64,000 nucleotides of DNA from Perkinsus chesapeaki ATCC PRA-425 (GCA_013115145.1 JAAPAO010000015.1:62001-126000); one strand, 5' to 3'. Positions 1 to 14,553 are shown, numbered from the stretch's first letter. Translations and numbers: made by a program. The notes: generated from the sequence alone by a model not told the origin.

Positions 1-3000
1 CACTGACTCTGAGTTGACTCTAGAGAGCCCTCGCCTAGTGCCTGTCCTCGAAGCAGCATCTCCTCGTGTAGCTCTGCCACCACTGCCTCCTGAGCTATCT
101 GAGAAGGGCCAACAAAGGAAAAGTACGGGCTTTGCCACATCACACACCACCATCGCGCCGAAGCATAGAGCCCCCGCCAGCTGCCTTGGCCCTAGGAGTT
201 CCAGCAGCACCTGTCGGATAGAGCCTGGATGCCAGAAATTGATCAAACTGCTCACCAGCATCAGCAGCGGTTCGCATGGATCGACTGGCCTGCGTGCTTC
301 TCATGAATGAACTCTCCAGGCCACCAGTATAGCCGCTCCGAGAAGGAGGAGGACGCTGCCGTCCACACAAACGACTTGAGGAGCGTGAAATCAGTGAAGA
401 CAACGAGGGATCCTGAGGCCTCCTTCAATCACAGCAATCAATAGCATACCATGCCAGGTCATACCGTAATGAGCCTCCTCTGTGGGACCTTGCCAACGCC
501 ACCACCGGCACCAGCTGACCTCTCCCCCTCCGCCTTGGTGAGTTGCTGATTCCATTGTGTCTGGAAGAACTCACACTCCTCCACTTTAGACTCATAGTCC
601 TCTAAAAGCTTCTGGAAGTCATCCGAGAGCTGCTGATAGCCCGATGACACCAGCCTGCCACTGCCATTATCAACAACGGTTCTACACAGCACTACTCCAG
701 CTCTATCAAAAGCCTCTTTAATGTCTCCTTGGTGCTCCTCAACAACACCCCTTCCTCATCACCGCCTACCACCGTTGCCAGCACTGGACAACTGAGATCT
801 CCCTCCCACCTTCCTCCTCGCCAAGAATCTCCTCCATAGTAGGCAAAGCTGCACTACTAGCACTACCAGTGATGGCAGCTGTCCTCGGACTCGCTGTGGT
901 AACCATATGCCCCGTTCTCTCATCAAAGACCGATAGCTCCAGCTCCGATATAGCATGTAGGCTCATGGTGCTCTTGTTCCTGCCCAGCGGCTGCTGCCCT
1001 ACTCTTAGGCCCCAAAGGCTCCTACCTTAGGAGGGAGCTAGCAGTGTTGGCATTACGGGATAGGGTTCTGGTCTGCTCCCTAGAGGCAGCCGGAGGCGGT
1101 CTGAAAGATTCGTCTGAGGTCACTTCGACAACCCCCATACCCTCGGCCTCTCTTGTCGAGAAGTGAGCTCAGATGTGGTGTTGATTGCACTGATGACAGA
1201 CCTGCAAAGGTTTGCATCCCCGCCAGCCGCCTCCACCATCACCTTTAACCTTAGCCGCCGCCATACCTCCAGCCTTCCCTCCTGCAGCCATACCACCACC
1301 GCCTCCGTTCAGCACCGTCGCTGCTGTGTACCGCATTATCCGGCTCATACTGGCACTCTGTGCCAACTGCCTCGTAGGAGAATCATTCAATGCCTCCGGA
1401 CCTACGCCACCCGCGACCCTGTAGTTCCTCGAACTCCGGAGCGGTACCCCTGTTAGAAGCATCCTCGTCCAGCAGCCATGGGCTCTTCTTCAGGCTCTTC
1501 TCAACATCGATCTCCTCAAAGTCGTCACCCTACCCAATCACCCTCCCCTCGCCAATGCCTGGCTACTACCGATGATGACCGGAGAACCACTGCGGTGTCC
1601 GCCTGTCGTATCTTCTCAACAAGGGTATCCACATCCCGACAAAGCGAGGCCACCTGCCACCAGCTGCCTCTACTTCAGACTCCACCACTCTACTACTTCT
1701 CGAACCAACTCCGGATCAATCCTGGTCTCCCTCTTGAGTTCCTCCTCACCATCACTTGACAGGCACTCGTTGCTTATCGGCACCATAGCACTCCATGCTT
1801 GCGGCGGGGACGCTGATGGCACAACCGTGTCCCCCCCAGCCTCACCTCTGCCCACCTTGAGGGCTCTGCTCCCTATGAACCCTCATTAAGGCTGGGGTGC
1901 CAGAGGGAGAGAGGCCCGGCGAGGCTTGGATGATCTCCCCGAATCTATACTCTGGTGAAGGTGCAACCTAGATACCTACTCCACACTGTCCACAGCTTCC
2001 AGCCCACTACCCCCAGTTCCCCAAAGCTGCTGCTGCCTTCCGCAACCCCTTCCAAAGGCTCCGGCGTTTGGTGTCGGGTTGGTGCTGATTCCAGTCGATG
2101 AGCGCTCTGCCTCAACTCTTCGTTCTCAGCCAACAACATCCCTTACATAACCGACGACGCTGTCCCCATCTTTGTGCAACATAACCTACTTATTTCCCTC
2201 TTCAAATGCCTCATCTGCACCGAGTCCATCTCCCTTCCCTCCGCCCCAATAGAGCTCCCCGATACTTCCCCCTCCTCCTCTTCATCGCTCACCGGCCCTC
2301 CACCTACTAGCCCTCCCCACCCACTAACCCCTACTGCTGCCTCACCAGTGTCCCCAGCGTCCAAGTGCACTCCATCCAAGGACTCCGCATCATCCGATTC
2401 AGTGAAGTCTGACTGATTGTGCGGGGATCCATCCGACCCACTCTCTGTGATGAACCTGTCCACCAGTCCACCCTAAATCCAGCTACCGAATCCTCACCGG
2501 AGGCCGGTCGCTCCCACCGCTGCCGAGACCGCCTGACCACCATCTCTACCGGGAAGCATCCCACTTCGGAAGGTCCTTATCAAACCTAACAACATCATCC
2601 TTATATGACCTCGAAATCGGCGGCCATCTAACCATCGCCAGCCATAGAGCCTGCATTGCTCTCCACACTCTGCCGTCGACGCCTCTCCGCCCGAAGCCTC
2701 GCCTCGTGCTCCTACAGGCCGTCCTCTCATACACCCCACTGCAGCCTGCTCATACCTGTCTTATCTCCCGGCCTTGCCGCCTAAGTGCTGCATTGTCCTC
2801 TATTTGCTGCTGTAACTCCAACTCCAAAAGCTCTCGTCTGGCCTTCTCCGGATGGTTCTCCACCTACCCCTACATCCCGTAGCCGCCAGTCTAAACCACC
2901 CACCAAGGCCCGAAGTAGGCGTATCTCCTCCTCTCTATCATCATCATCATCATCTTCAGCATCCTCACCATCCTGCCTACCTACACAACAAACCCTCGAG

Positions 3001-5309
3001 GCCCTCCCGGCCCACCCAACACCGACCGGCCCTGCCAGTGACGAGGTCAGTCAAGGATCGGCCAGCCTCCTCGAACCTGCCACCACTGCTCCCCCCCCAC
3101 GTAGCCACCCCTCCCTACGCTTTAAGGCTCTTGGCTGTCTCCTCCCAATAGACCGCCCACTTGTGCTGTTTTGCCTTAACCTCCTCCAGCTCCCTCTCCC
3201 TCGCCAGTGACCCTGCTTAAACCCGTCAAAGCACTGCATCTGCTACCCTTACCAGCCAGCAGGATCTGTAAGCTGATTATTCTTCTCCTTAATACCGATG
3301 ATGAGCCCTCAGGGGCCCTGACCTCTCCATCCTGCTCGCCACTGGTCGGTGATCCTACCCCCGAGTCTCCATCCAACCCGACTACCTTGCTCACCTCCCC
3401 TACTGTTAAAAGCTCCGGTGCCGCCATCATTAACAGCAATAGGAGGCCTCAACTGAGCTTGGCCAGCGGTCAATGCCGCCAACTGCCTCCTGGCCGCCTC
3501 CAACTCGGCCTGCCCACCGATGCTCTCCCTATATGCTCTCGTCACCTCTGCTCACCGTGAGGGTCTCAACAGTGCCCGTCAAGGATTCATTAAGGACCGC
3601 CTGACACTTGATTCGCTTGGCTCGGGCTGCGAACTTGATAGTCGATAGAGTCTCCCCGAAGTTGGTGGCCGATGGCGATATGGTAGCTGTGGTGCGGCAG
3701 GTAAGTAATCACCACACTACTGGCCCTACCAATAATGCTCGTGATGCTATTGCCTCCCAAACTGTCACGGAGGAGGAAGGTCAGCTTGGAGTCACGGAAA
3801 TGCGTGAAGGTAGATTGCCTAAGTGAACCAATCACAGGGACAGGCGAGGAGACCCTGGCCCACCTGGCGGCAGCCGGCCTGGCCTTACTGAGAGAGTATA
3901 TAACACTGGTCAAAACCGACAGTGACTTGTTGATAGCACCAGCCTGTATGACATCCATACCGCTCCCTCCTCTAATCGTGGCTGTAATACCTCCTTCACC
4001 CTTGCCTGGCTATCAGCTCCACTAACCCGGCCATGTACTGTATGTTGCTGTCTCTCACTACCAGCCAGATCGACCAGATTAAGGCTAGACTCCTTGGTCT
4101 GTGTAACCCCACCTAATGCTGCCTACTACCCTCACCACAGCCCTCACCAATCCCCCACCTGACTGTATTAGCTTAGTTGCCACACGAAGCATCACCACAC
4201 AGTGTGACCTAGACGACTGATCGTTCATCACCGTCGATCCAACCTGTAGCCGGCAGCCCATCCATCCCCCCAGACCATCACCGGCAGTACATGACGTTTG
4301 ACCAGAGCTCTACGCACTATAAGCTCTGCCTCTTTACTGTTATATACCGTATGCTCACTCAGTCCGTCAACATAAACCTATCAACACCTACTGCCCCTAC
4401 TCTACGCAATGAACAGCAGCCCACCCCTTTCCTAATATCATCTCTTAATTGTAACTGTTGGCCAGTCTGATCGAACAGGTCTGTGAGAGCCTCCCTGTAG
4501 ATCTCAACACAGCTAATCTTGCACATGTAACTGCATTAGCGGCAGCAGCAGCACCCAGCACCTGCGGAGCAGTCGCTACCTAAAGGTACCCTCAGAGTCC
4601 CTCTGCTTCGTTCGCAGTTCGTGGAATATGTTTTCAATAATCCTGCTGGTGAGCCCTCGGAGACCTGACCTCCCGCCCATTCTGCTACAGCCCCACCCCA
4701 GGGCCCTACCCTGGTCATTGCCTCGCCCTCTAGGAGGGCCCAGCATTGTAAAAGTCTTACCAGTACCTACGGACCAGATCCTATCAGACGGGGTGGCCAT
4801 GGGCTACCAGTCTGGCCATATACATATATAGAACCATTATACCCTTCCAAGCATGCACTCACCACTTGGACCCCTACACAGTCAAACACCTCTTGCTGGG
4901 CTGACATTGGCCCGAAGACACCATCGAAGGTGTACCTTCAGGTGTAGGTTAGCAGCATGCCACCCGCACTAATGCCACTACATCGTGCTAGAGTCACTCT
5001 GGTCCTTAGAAGGGTCACCAATAGCCACCGACTTGGCACTAGAATCAACCTAAAGGTAAACAACGTTCGACCCTGCAGCGAGGAACTGGACAAGTAAAGG
5101 CTCCATTGCAGCCCCTGGGTGAGTTCGGATACCCTATAGGACACCGAGGTCACACCGTTGATAACACAACATCTGTCCCGTCTTACCATAACCACATCAG
5201 GGCCTGCTGGTGCCTCCTTCTCCTTCTGATTCTTAGGTCTTACTCTAACAAATACCCTAACACACTCAGACCCTCCGCATGCAGGACGTATAGGAGGAGG
5301 AGCCAGCAT
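1..5309 (-). CDS. Kinesin motor protein with long low-complexity/coiled-coil tail; multi-exon, runs off the window start
   Basis: Spliced minus-strand exons give VRVFVRVRP, YGQTG/GKTFTMLG (P-loop), NDQSSRSH (switch I), LVDLAGSER (switch II) and RDSKLTFLLRDSLGGNS. ATG at 5309 (MLAPPPIRP). Tail exons between 1 and 3500 are assumed to belong to the same gene. Confidence 0.8.
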
Positions 5310-5486
5310 TAAATTCCAACTCACAGCAGCAAACCCGCCGAAAGACAACAAACCACTTGCCAAATCTTGCGTTCTTGGCATTTTCCTAACGCAACACCAG
5401 TAGACGGCCTTAACTTTCACCTCATCTTGCGCCGATGCCTAAGATTCGGCCAACTGCTGCTTCTAGCGATTCGGATAAAGTCCGTC

Positions 5487-6266
5487 ATGGAGGCATTAGT
5501 GTGTCCGACCTGTCTGTGGGGAAATTTAGTGCTTATTGGATCCCACTTCCGAGAGAGATCGATCGAACTAGGAGGTAGTGGTTTATCCTGGGCGTAGGAA
5601 CTCTATCAACGATGGAGAGGTTTCGGGAGGAGGAATGGGCGTCGCTATAGGTCGCAGCGAATGGCCCATGGTCAAGCTAGTTGATCAGTAGAGATTCGAC
5701 CTCACCGTAAATGGACGAACTTCCGGTGACTACTGGAACAACCTCACCGGTCTGTGTCTCAGTAGTCCCTACAGGCTCGCTTCATCGCTACTAGATGCGT
5801 CTCATTGGGAGCATTTTGTCTCGCAATAGGATTGTCCTACAGGATTCAACTCGTTGGATAGCACTTGCAGTGAGTATCTTGAGAAGTATCTTCCTACTAA
5901 ATGAAACGGCTGAGCAGTTTCATTTGCGCAGATGTCCTCTCCATCCGCTCGGCCCCCCATCGAAGGTATCCTGATGGACCTTGAAGACCTACATAACCTC
6001 CAGATCCTTCAGGCAAAGGTGAGTAGCCTACCTGCGGCCTCTTGAGACCTTCCCAATGGCACCAGGCACGGCATCTGCTTGCTTGCTGTACGTCTATAGT
6101 GGAGGGGGAGACCATTCTTGACCAGGCTTTCTGCCAACACTCCAAAGCTCCCCCAGCAGACGGTCCTGAGTGCTATCAGTCTCGTGTAGGGTTTTCAGAG
6201 GAGCGCTCTGCGAACGAAGAAAGGATAATAGGAGGGGACGGATCGACGTCGCGCGGGAAATTTTAG
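5487..6266 (+). CDS. Hypothetical protein, multi-exon
   Basis: Exons join in frame across a GT-AG intron (...LQILQAK|ARHLLACC...RGKF*). No family recognised, and the start is uncertain. Confidence 0.3.
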
Positions 6267-6562
6267 TAGCGCATGCGTACATGGCAGCTTTGACCGTCTT
6301 TGAACGTGACTTCGAGTTTGAGTATTTAAATGGGGAATGCTTTTGGTGCAAGGGGGTGGCAGTAGCTACAATACCACATGCTCATGTGGACGCCACCCTC
6401 CCTGTTTGACCGCGTATATAGCGTGAAGTTGACGACATGTTCGCGCGTGCAATTGCGTGCGCCCGGGAAGCGGGGGCCAATTGTCTTATTCTGGAGGATT
6501 AAGCGGCCTAATAGCAATGACACTGGTCTTTTGTTAGCAATTCTTTGTTCCCTTAGAGAACA

Positions 6563-7087
6563 ATGGTAAGAGCGTCCCCTAAGAAATCATCCACATCCCA
6601 CCCAACTTATAATGAAATGGTAAGGAACGCCCTAGCGACTTGCAGGGGATTTCAGAAGATGAGCCGCCAGGCGGTGGCCGCCTTTATCAAGTCCAACTAT
6701 GGTGTAGACAACAGGACTGCTTTGAACAAGTCCCTAAAGGCCCTTGTGGAGACCGGTATCGTATCCCAGGCGAAGGCATCTTATAAATTGGCCGCCGGAC
6801 AGAGACCAGTGGCAACCTCCCCCAAGAAGCCAGCTGCCAAGCCGGCCTCGAAGCCTACCAAGGCCTCTGCCAAGAAGACCGCTTCTCCAGCCAAAGCCAG
6901 TACGAAGAAGTCTTCCAAGAAGGCTTCCCCTAAGAAGGCATCTACCACCAAGGGCAAGAAGACCCCTCCAACTAAGAAGACCGTTACCAAGAAGACGTCG
7001 GGCAAGAAGAGCCCAGCTGCTGCTGCTAAGAAGGCCCCCGCGAAGGCTAAGGCAGCCAGAGGTCGTGGAAGGCCGGCGAAGACCTAG
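6563..7087 (+). CDS. H1: Linker histone H1 with winged-helix globular domain and K/A/P-rich tail
   Basis: Intronless 174-aa ORF. HPTYNEMVRNAL...SRQAVAAFIKSNY...LNKSLKALVETG...QAKASYKL matches the H15 globular domain. The tail contains SPKK/TPxK motifs. Confidence 0.85.
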   Translation: MVRASPKKSSTSHPTYNEMVRNALATCRGFQKMSRQAVAAFIKSNYGVDNRTALNKSLKALVETGIVSQAKASYKLAAGQRPVATSPKKPAAKPASKPTKASAKKTASPAKASTKKSSKKASPKKASTTKGKKTPPTKKTVTKKTSGKKSPAAAAKKAPAKAKAARGRGRPAKT

Positions 7088-7772
7088 AGACCTTTATGTA
7101 CCTTTTTACCCATTAGTATCCTATAATGATTCCATATTAGTATCATCACTCTTGCATACATTTTTTATACTAGCTGAATGCGAGGACGTATAGTAGGCGA
7201 TGGTGAGCCATTTCTTTGTACGACGACAATCTGCACAAGACTGCTGCTGCTACTACTACGAACACAAATATTGTCTGTTCCATTAGAGTTGCGTTTGTCA
7301 GTGGAGGTTCTACAGCAGATGGCTCGAGGAACTGGTAACCTATTTAGCATCTATTCAACGTAAGCTTAAGTTCACCTATCGTGGAGGTTACCGCATCCGG
7401 TAGGCATGTGCATGCGTGCAAGATATTTTTTATCGGTACCAAATTAATGGTAACACACCACTACTGAACAACACAAGCCGCATTTTCGGAATGTACGGTT
7501 ATCTCGTCAACAACCTATCCAGCTAATGTTCAAATATATTGCCGCGTTATACCAACTATATCAATGAGCAGATGTCCCACCACGAGCCATCGCCAACCAA
7601 CGCACGCGAAGGCTTGCCGCTACTTACAACACTGAATCATCAAACTCGGATGGGACGTCAAATATAAGTTGTAGAATATAAAAATGGTAAAAGTACAATA
7701 GGCTGCGGCCTGTAGTGCCTCGAGATACTCATTAATCATCTTGCTTAACTCATCATGCATGCCAAAGGCGGC

Positions 7773-8192
<420 letters not shown>

Positions 8193-8363
8193 TTAGATAT
8201 AACCCTAAATGAGCCAACTCCTTCCGGCCTTTACCTTAGCACCTGCAAAAGAATGCAAAGAAGGGACAAATGTAGACCAAGTAGCTGTACAGGCGATAAA
8301 CACAGGAATAACTCGCAGCATAAAGATGCTCGAAGATTCCTATGGGCGCGCAATTCGACCGAA

Positions 8364-10799
8364 TCACCATTGTGTTCGACCAAAATAGCTATAGATCGAT
8401 TCAGTTAACCAAACGGCCTCAGGGAACGCATGAAAAGTGCATGATATTAGTAGACGTATCAATATGATAATTATTTGCCACCACCACAGACTTTCTGCCT
8501 CTTCGAGGGTGGAGTATCTTTCCCCTCGCATACTGACGAAACCGTTTTCGATTCGGTGTGGGTGGAATCGGCCTGATTTTGGTCGAAAATGGGCGCAGCG
8601 CTCTTGCTTGCTGCACGCATCCGCATACCTCAATTTCCAAGGGGTAAGGATTCAGCTTCCCCTCCAACAGTAGTGCCCCATAGTCAGGTCCACGGCCACT
8701 AGGCTGGTCAGCTCCTCCGTCATCTCCGTTGTGATCGTTGCCACCTTCTGGGGAATCTTCCGCGATTTCCGTAGTTCTCCACCCATGGGTAGCCTCGTCC
8801 CAGATCTGCACTCGCTTCTGGACAAAGATTCTCTTCACAAACTCTTCACGAAGCTGCTGAACTTCCTCCGCCGGAGGGCTCTACCACGCCAATACGTCAC
8901 CAATGAAAGCATCTTCTCCAAGCAGCAGCATGCTTACGCTCAGGCTTTTTTGGAATAGATCCCCGCGGCTGGCTGCGGCACTGAGGTCTATTTCAAATAC
9001 ATCCAACCACACACGTCTGAGCACCTACGCACAACTCGTACGGCCGAAAATCGGAATAGTAGCGGATTTGACAATGACAGTCGAATTGCTGGAGACGACC
9101 TCAGGGAAATACTTACGACGGAGGGGCTACCTCGGCATCGACGAAACAGCACGCAAGCGCATGGATGTCGCACGGCGGACTCTCCTGTGATAGAAATGCC
9201 CGCATTCCTTGACTGTGTACCTTATCAATGACAAGAACTCAGCAAGTTAAGCGGCCACACCAGTTCCACCCACCCCTCCCACCACCGCAAGCACAACATC
9301 GCCTTCTTGGAGATGTTGCGAAATGTCAAGGATTTTATACGACATGAAGACATCGCGAAGGAAGATGTGGGATAGATAGTATCTTGGAAGAACCACCCCA
9401 CCAGAGGCGCCGTTGCATGGTAGTCACTTAGGTCTGAAGAGCCGATGCAGCTCACTGAGCAACAAGTCAGCGTGTGGAGGAGACCGATGCTCCAGTTCGG
9501 CTAGCCTGACCAGGCATGCGAGACCGTACTGGACCGAGCTCTACAATCTACCTGTAGGCAACCATGGGATCTAGCTTATCGGCTCCGCACTTTTGCACTG
9601 CATCTTCACCATAGAGCAGATTGAGATATGTTTCGAATACAGTCTGAGATGAGCCGTGGTTTCACGAACACCAATGAACTGACACAGACGGCACTTTTTC
9701 ATCAGACACCATCCTTAAGAGGCTCTCTGGCAAGTCGCCGATCCTCCGTGTCGTGTCCCTGATCCAGCCACTGGTCATGACAATACAGCATTGTGTTCAG
9801 CTGTCCCACTTGGCCTGTTCAAGCTCCCTGTTCTGAATGAGTTTCATCGTCTCTAACATATCCACCGAGTGCAACGGCAAGCCTCTCTTATCGCTCTACC
9901 AACACCCCTACCAGCGCACGCTACATCAATTCTGACCTCGTATATCGTAGTGAGCTCAGGCATGCCGTGCACAGACCCACAGGCTGCCAGAAATTGCGCC
10001 ACTTCGGCAGAGCTACCGGCCAGGCTCACTAGTCGAGCGCGAGCAAGCTGCAGCGACAACCAATGGCGCTCGGAGTCTTGCCCATGGCTTACTTCCTCAA
10101 CCGAAGCCCCCTGTCCTCCGAGGTCCTTCAGGTCCGTGAGATCAGCCCACTTACCCTCGAACCTGCTTCGCATCATCATCTCCCCAATAGAGTGGTGTTG
10201 TACGGTACCGTCTCATGAGCGGCAATTGGAACTTCCTCCTTGCTTCCGTCCTTGCAACGTCACTCTCTAAAGCTATGCATTTGACATCCAGTTCCTCCAA
10301 GGCTCTCTCCACATTCAGAGCCGAGGCCTCGGATGAGTGAACCACGCCCAAGATGTGGACCTATAGTGCCTCGATACCACTAAAGGATACATACAACTAT
10401 ACCTTAACGCCATTGGGGAGCACCACAGGCTCGTCAACGCAATACCTCAACTGTGGTGATTTCGTGTCTTTGCCGTACATCTCTTGCAGTCTCTCCACGG
10501 AGCTCCAGTCCACGCACTAAAGGTCACCTTGCTTTGTTTTAGACGGACCACCACCGACACTGCTCTCTTCATCGCCCAGTATCTCCTCCACTGCCTTCCT
10601 CATCATAGCAGCATCTGCCTTCTTCGTGGTGGCCTTCGATCGGAGGTACTCGGGTGCGCTGTCGGACAGCCTCTCAAGGATACTCGGTATCCGCAGTGGC
10701 TGAACCTACGAGGGCTCATTTTCCCCTAACCGAAGGAAACCTGCACTCTGAAAAGCTTACCACTTCAGCTGGCGTCCTCGGCTTACCACGAGGGCTCAT
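8364..10799 (-). CDS. TraB/TRABD-family protein, multi-exon
   Basis: VHILGVVHSSEASALNVERALEELDVKCIALESDVAR and RDVFMSYKIL...VVLAVVGG|VHSQGM match the TraB motifs GTxH..S...ELC..R and ERD..M...VVGxGH. Start is MSPRGKPRTPAEV|VQPLR, and the 3' end is approximate. Confidence 0.65.
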
Positions 10800-10931
10800 A
10801 AATACAAGAACAACTGCACTGGCGTAGAGTCCCAAGCAACACAACAGGCTGAGTGGTGAGGACGAAAATGCTAGGTTAATGATAAGGAACTGTACAAAGG
10901 GGTTAGAAGGAGGAGGAGGAGGCAACAATCG

Positions 10932-11683
10932 TCATTCTCCTTCGTGAGCTATCCTCTCTATTGCTGCACGGGTCGCTATGCGATTGTGCTCGCACATATT
11001 AACATACTTCGTCTTGGCGCGCGCCCTGAAATTAAACGCACTAAAGACAATGTTGCAGCGGGGTTGGGCAGCACTCTACCTGAAGGCCTCGAGAGGGTCC
11101 GACGTGTTGAAATCAGCAATCGAAGGCGGCGCATCTGAGAAGTTAGAACGACGAGGAACCTTGGACGGTGGCTCGGCCTCGTGGCGGCTTCTCGAAGACG
11201 ATCTGAAAAGGAATACGACACAGATAAAGATGGCGGTCGTACGGGGACGCCGACCGTGAGCTGGAGGAGCTACTTGAACGCGATGACTCCGATTCTGAAA
11301 ACGACCAGTCAATACGGAAATGAAAAATGTGACTTTACGGTAGCCAGCATCGTCATCCTTTAATGGTATTAAGGACTCGATAAGTGCAACCGCTCGTTCA
11401 GAGGGCCTAGGCTCTCCCGAAAGATACTGCGGTACCATTGCTAAAACTACCGGGTCTATAGGAGTGTATGGCACCACAGCGACCTGAACAACAAGAGGAA
11501 CATTGAACTTAGGGGGAAATATGGGAGAAGAACGATATGATGGTAGAGGCTGGCGAATACTGCTAGCATGGCGGTCGGCAAGGCCACCCAAGCTAACAAA
11601 TACAACAACAACAACAACTACACAAGGCGAGATGCGGTAAACTGGAGTCTGACTAAGCCCAAAGGATGTCGGACTATAAACTG

Positions 11684-11721
<38 letters not shown>

Positions 11722-13597
11722 CCGAACTTGAAGGGTGGACTGGACACTGATGATAGGAGCTCATCGAATGACCTTGATTGTCGAAGCTGGTGAAATGGTA
11801 ACCGGCTGAGCGGGTTCAAGTGCCGATAATTTGTACTCTGCGGTCCTTCAGAAATCAGTTTACAGAATGTTGACGTTTCGAGGGAATAACATTCCTATAA
11901 TAAACGTATGCACTTGGAGCACTTGGAGAGCCGCAACAACGATAAGCGTAAATGCATGACGATTTACCACCACTCCTTACTTGCTGCTCTCTAGCTCTTC
12001 TTCCCGATGCCTTCACCAACGAAGCCATTACACCAACTGAAACATTCTCTGCCGTGGCAGGTCTGAAGTGAACATGAACACATGAATGGTCCGGAAAGTA
12101 GTCCTCCTCACCGATCGGAGTAAAATCCCTGAAGCGGCGGTGGTGGCTTTGGCTTGGCCTTAGCTGCCGCTGCTGCCGCTTCCGCAGCAGCCTTCGGGTC
12201 AGACTTCTCCGAACTGACCGCCCTGAAGCAAATGAATGACGAGAAGCGTACAGGTTAGTCGGTTACCTTTCATACCGACTTCTACTATCTTTGTAACTGC
12301 TGCTGCTCTTTCTATCACTATGAAGGCCACCGTAAATCATCGATGGTAGCAGGAGAGGAGGTTCTGGTGGAGGCTTAGCGCTGAAGAAATTAACCAAATA
12401 TTTCAAAGCTGAGCCGCCTAGTCAAGCAAATGGAAGGTGTGCGGGGCGCCCGCCGAGCACGACTCAGATTGGCACGGTAACTCCTACAATGCATGCTCCT
12501 CGGTGGCCAGCTTCTCGAAATCTCGTGCCTCATCAACCGTGATAACATCCTGGTCTTTCCAGATTTGAATTAGCCTCGTAACGTTCCGTTGTTGCGGTGT
12601 AAGGTCGGTCTGAGCATGAACCATGAACCACTCAACAGCGACCAGGTTGAACACGCCCACCCCAGGTTTTCGAGAATTCCGGTTATAGCAGGCAGCAAAG
12701 GCAGCTCTACACATCCAAGGGAGATAGTTCTTCAGTAGCACTCTCACAACTACCCCCTGTGGACCGCTAGTCTGTTGCAGAACCTAAATGAAGAATGTGT
12801 GCACTATCAACGGGAACGGATTCAACGCACCTCATGGACAACAAAGAGCATGCTCATAGCGTGGTGGCCATCCTTAGGTGTTCGCATAGACCGAAGTAAT
12901 GACCTAATCACCTACCTCACATTAGCCCAACGATGACTACCCTACCTGGCGATGGCACTAGTCTGCTGACGGTTCTCCAACGCCCACTGGGCAGCGTCCC
13001 TTATAGCGTCGTCACTAGCGGGGACCTATGAGATGCAATTCAGATAGTACACTCTGTACCCCTCCTACCCCTCCAGCCAAAGATACAATAATTGCTCCGT
13101 AGCGGGCCGCCAACTGTGGACTCAGACTTGCTGTCGTATCAGGCAGATGGTACTTGTCAGCAATGGTCTGGAGAGAGACGTAACGCAGTCTCAACGGCTA
13201 GATATCGCTCTACCTGCAGCTCCTTAGAGAACTTCTCCTCGACCGGTACCGGCGGTGGGATCTGCTGTGGCTGCTGCTGCTGCTGCGGTGGCGGCGGCGG
13301 CGCCATAAACCCTCCCTGGACCGGAGGCCCCGCATAAGGCGGCTGTTGTGGAGTGTAGCCAGGGGGTGGTTGAGGGTATGGCGGTGGCGGTCCAGCATAG
13401 GGCATCGGAGGCACCTGGGAAGGACTGAGGAGAGACATGCATAGACTAGAACGACACGGTTAAGGAGGCACCTACAACTGCTGTTGTTGTTGCTGCTGAT
13501 GTGGTGGCGGTGCCATATATCCATACGGTGGCTGCTGCTGAGGCTGTTGTTGCCATGGCATAGGCGGAGGCTGCTGGAGTGGCATTGGAGGCGGCAT
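10932..13597 (-). CDS. CID-domain, P/Q-rich, RS-containing RNA-processing protein (CHERP-like)
   Basis: P/Q-rich N-terminus, then a CID-like segment (SDDAIRDAAQWALENR...VTRLIQIWKDQDVI). GVMASLVK and YRHLNP resemble CHERP AGLMAPLVK/YKPLDP. An SR-rich exon follows, and the C-terminus reads DPLEAFR|ARAKTKY...EGE*. Confidence 0.55.
11685..11720. repeat. (AAC)12 microsatellite, probably intronic
   Basis: Twelve perfect AAC units read directly. A shorter (AAC)5 lies near 11603. Confidence 0.95.
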
Positions 13598-14380
13598 AAC
13601 TAACAATTGTGTAGATATATGATACTAATGATATGTAAGTTATTACCGCACGCGTCGGGTGGGGGATAAAAAGCTTGGCGAGGCGGGGACTGGCCTTGAT
13701 CACTAAACAAAGAATACAGTATCAAGGAGCATCAAAAGCTGGCATTTCTGCAGCATCACAAATCTTGCTGCAATTTTAGACCCGATAATTTCAGTTATGA
13801 TGTGCCATCTGACCGGGAGTTACCTTACACGTCCCTAGGAACACAATACCTACGGAATAGGTCCTATGTACAATGACTTTGCGAAGAGCATTCAACCCAG
13901 ATATGCCTATGCTGCGGCAGGATTGCTGCCCTCACGATAAGCTTTTCGATGCCGCGGGGTACTGCCGCCTGCTGTGTGCGATTCTATGAGCTTTCACTTT
14001 ACTGCTCAGTGCCAGCAGGACTGCAATCGCTTCGTCGTTTGGTTAGTGACTGAGGTAAACACTCACGAAGCTCTAGACTAAGGTATCACGAGGCAAGTAT
14101 ATTGCCAGGCCAGCTAATATAGGTCGGTTCCTGTCATGGCCTGCTCTTCGCTTGCTTTTTGGCTTTAAGTTCGGGAAGATGCCAGTTGGGGGGATTTTGT
14201 TAGTGATGCCTACAGGGACGCCCTCGTCCTCAGTATCGAGGATAGAAACGTCGTCGGCTTCTTCGAAGAACTATGCTAGATAGCGCTCCTACTAACCTTC
14301 AAGTAAGCACTCCTGCACACTGTGCGGCTGTCAGCCGCGAAGTTCGCGGAAACTGTTTCCCAATAACAAAGCAAGACTCC

Positions 14381-14553
14381 ACCTCTGTTAGCAGACGACC
14401 TTGCCCTCGAACCATTACCACCTCTATTAGCAAATGAACTTGGCCTCGAACCATTACCATCTCTATTGGCAGACGACCTCTATTAGCAAATGAACTTGGC
14501 CTCGAACCATTACCACCTCTATTAGCAGATGAAATACTCCTCGAACCGTGGTC
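14381..14553. repeat. 39-bp minisatellite: four full units plus one 17-bp truncated unit
   Basis: Units at 14381, 14420, 14476 and 14515 (consensus ACCTCTATTAGCAAATGAACTTGGCCTCGAACCATTACC). The truncated unit is at 14459-14475. Confidence 0.9.

Noticed and set aside
6563-7087. DVNP or bacterial-type HLP identity for the Lys-rich protein
   Set aside because: The N-terminal half follows the H1 globular-domain pattern instead.
7088-7772. Metazoan-type histone 3' stem-loop
   Set aside because: No GGCYCTTTTCAGRGCC-like hairpin was seen after either histone gene.
10978-11259. Plus-strand ORF with signal-like start
   Set aside because: It overlaps minus-strand exons that splice coherently and give the CHERP-like C-terminus.
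11076-11819. 247-aa ORF with poly-Val as a membrane protein
   Set aside because: The poly-Val comes from the AAC/GTT microsatellite in probable introns of the CHERP-like gene.
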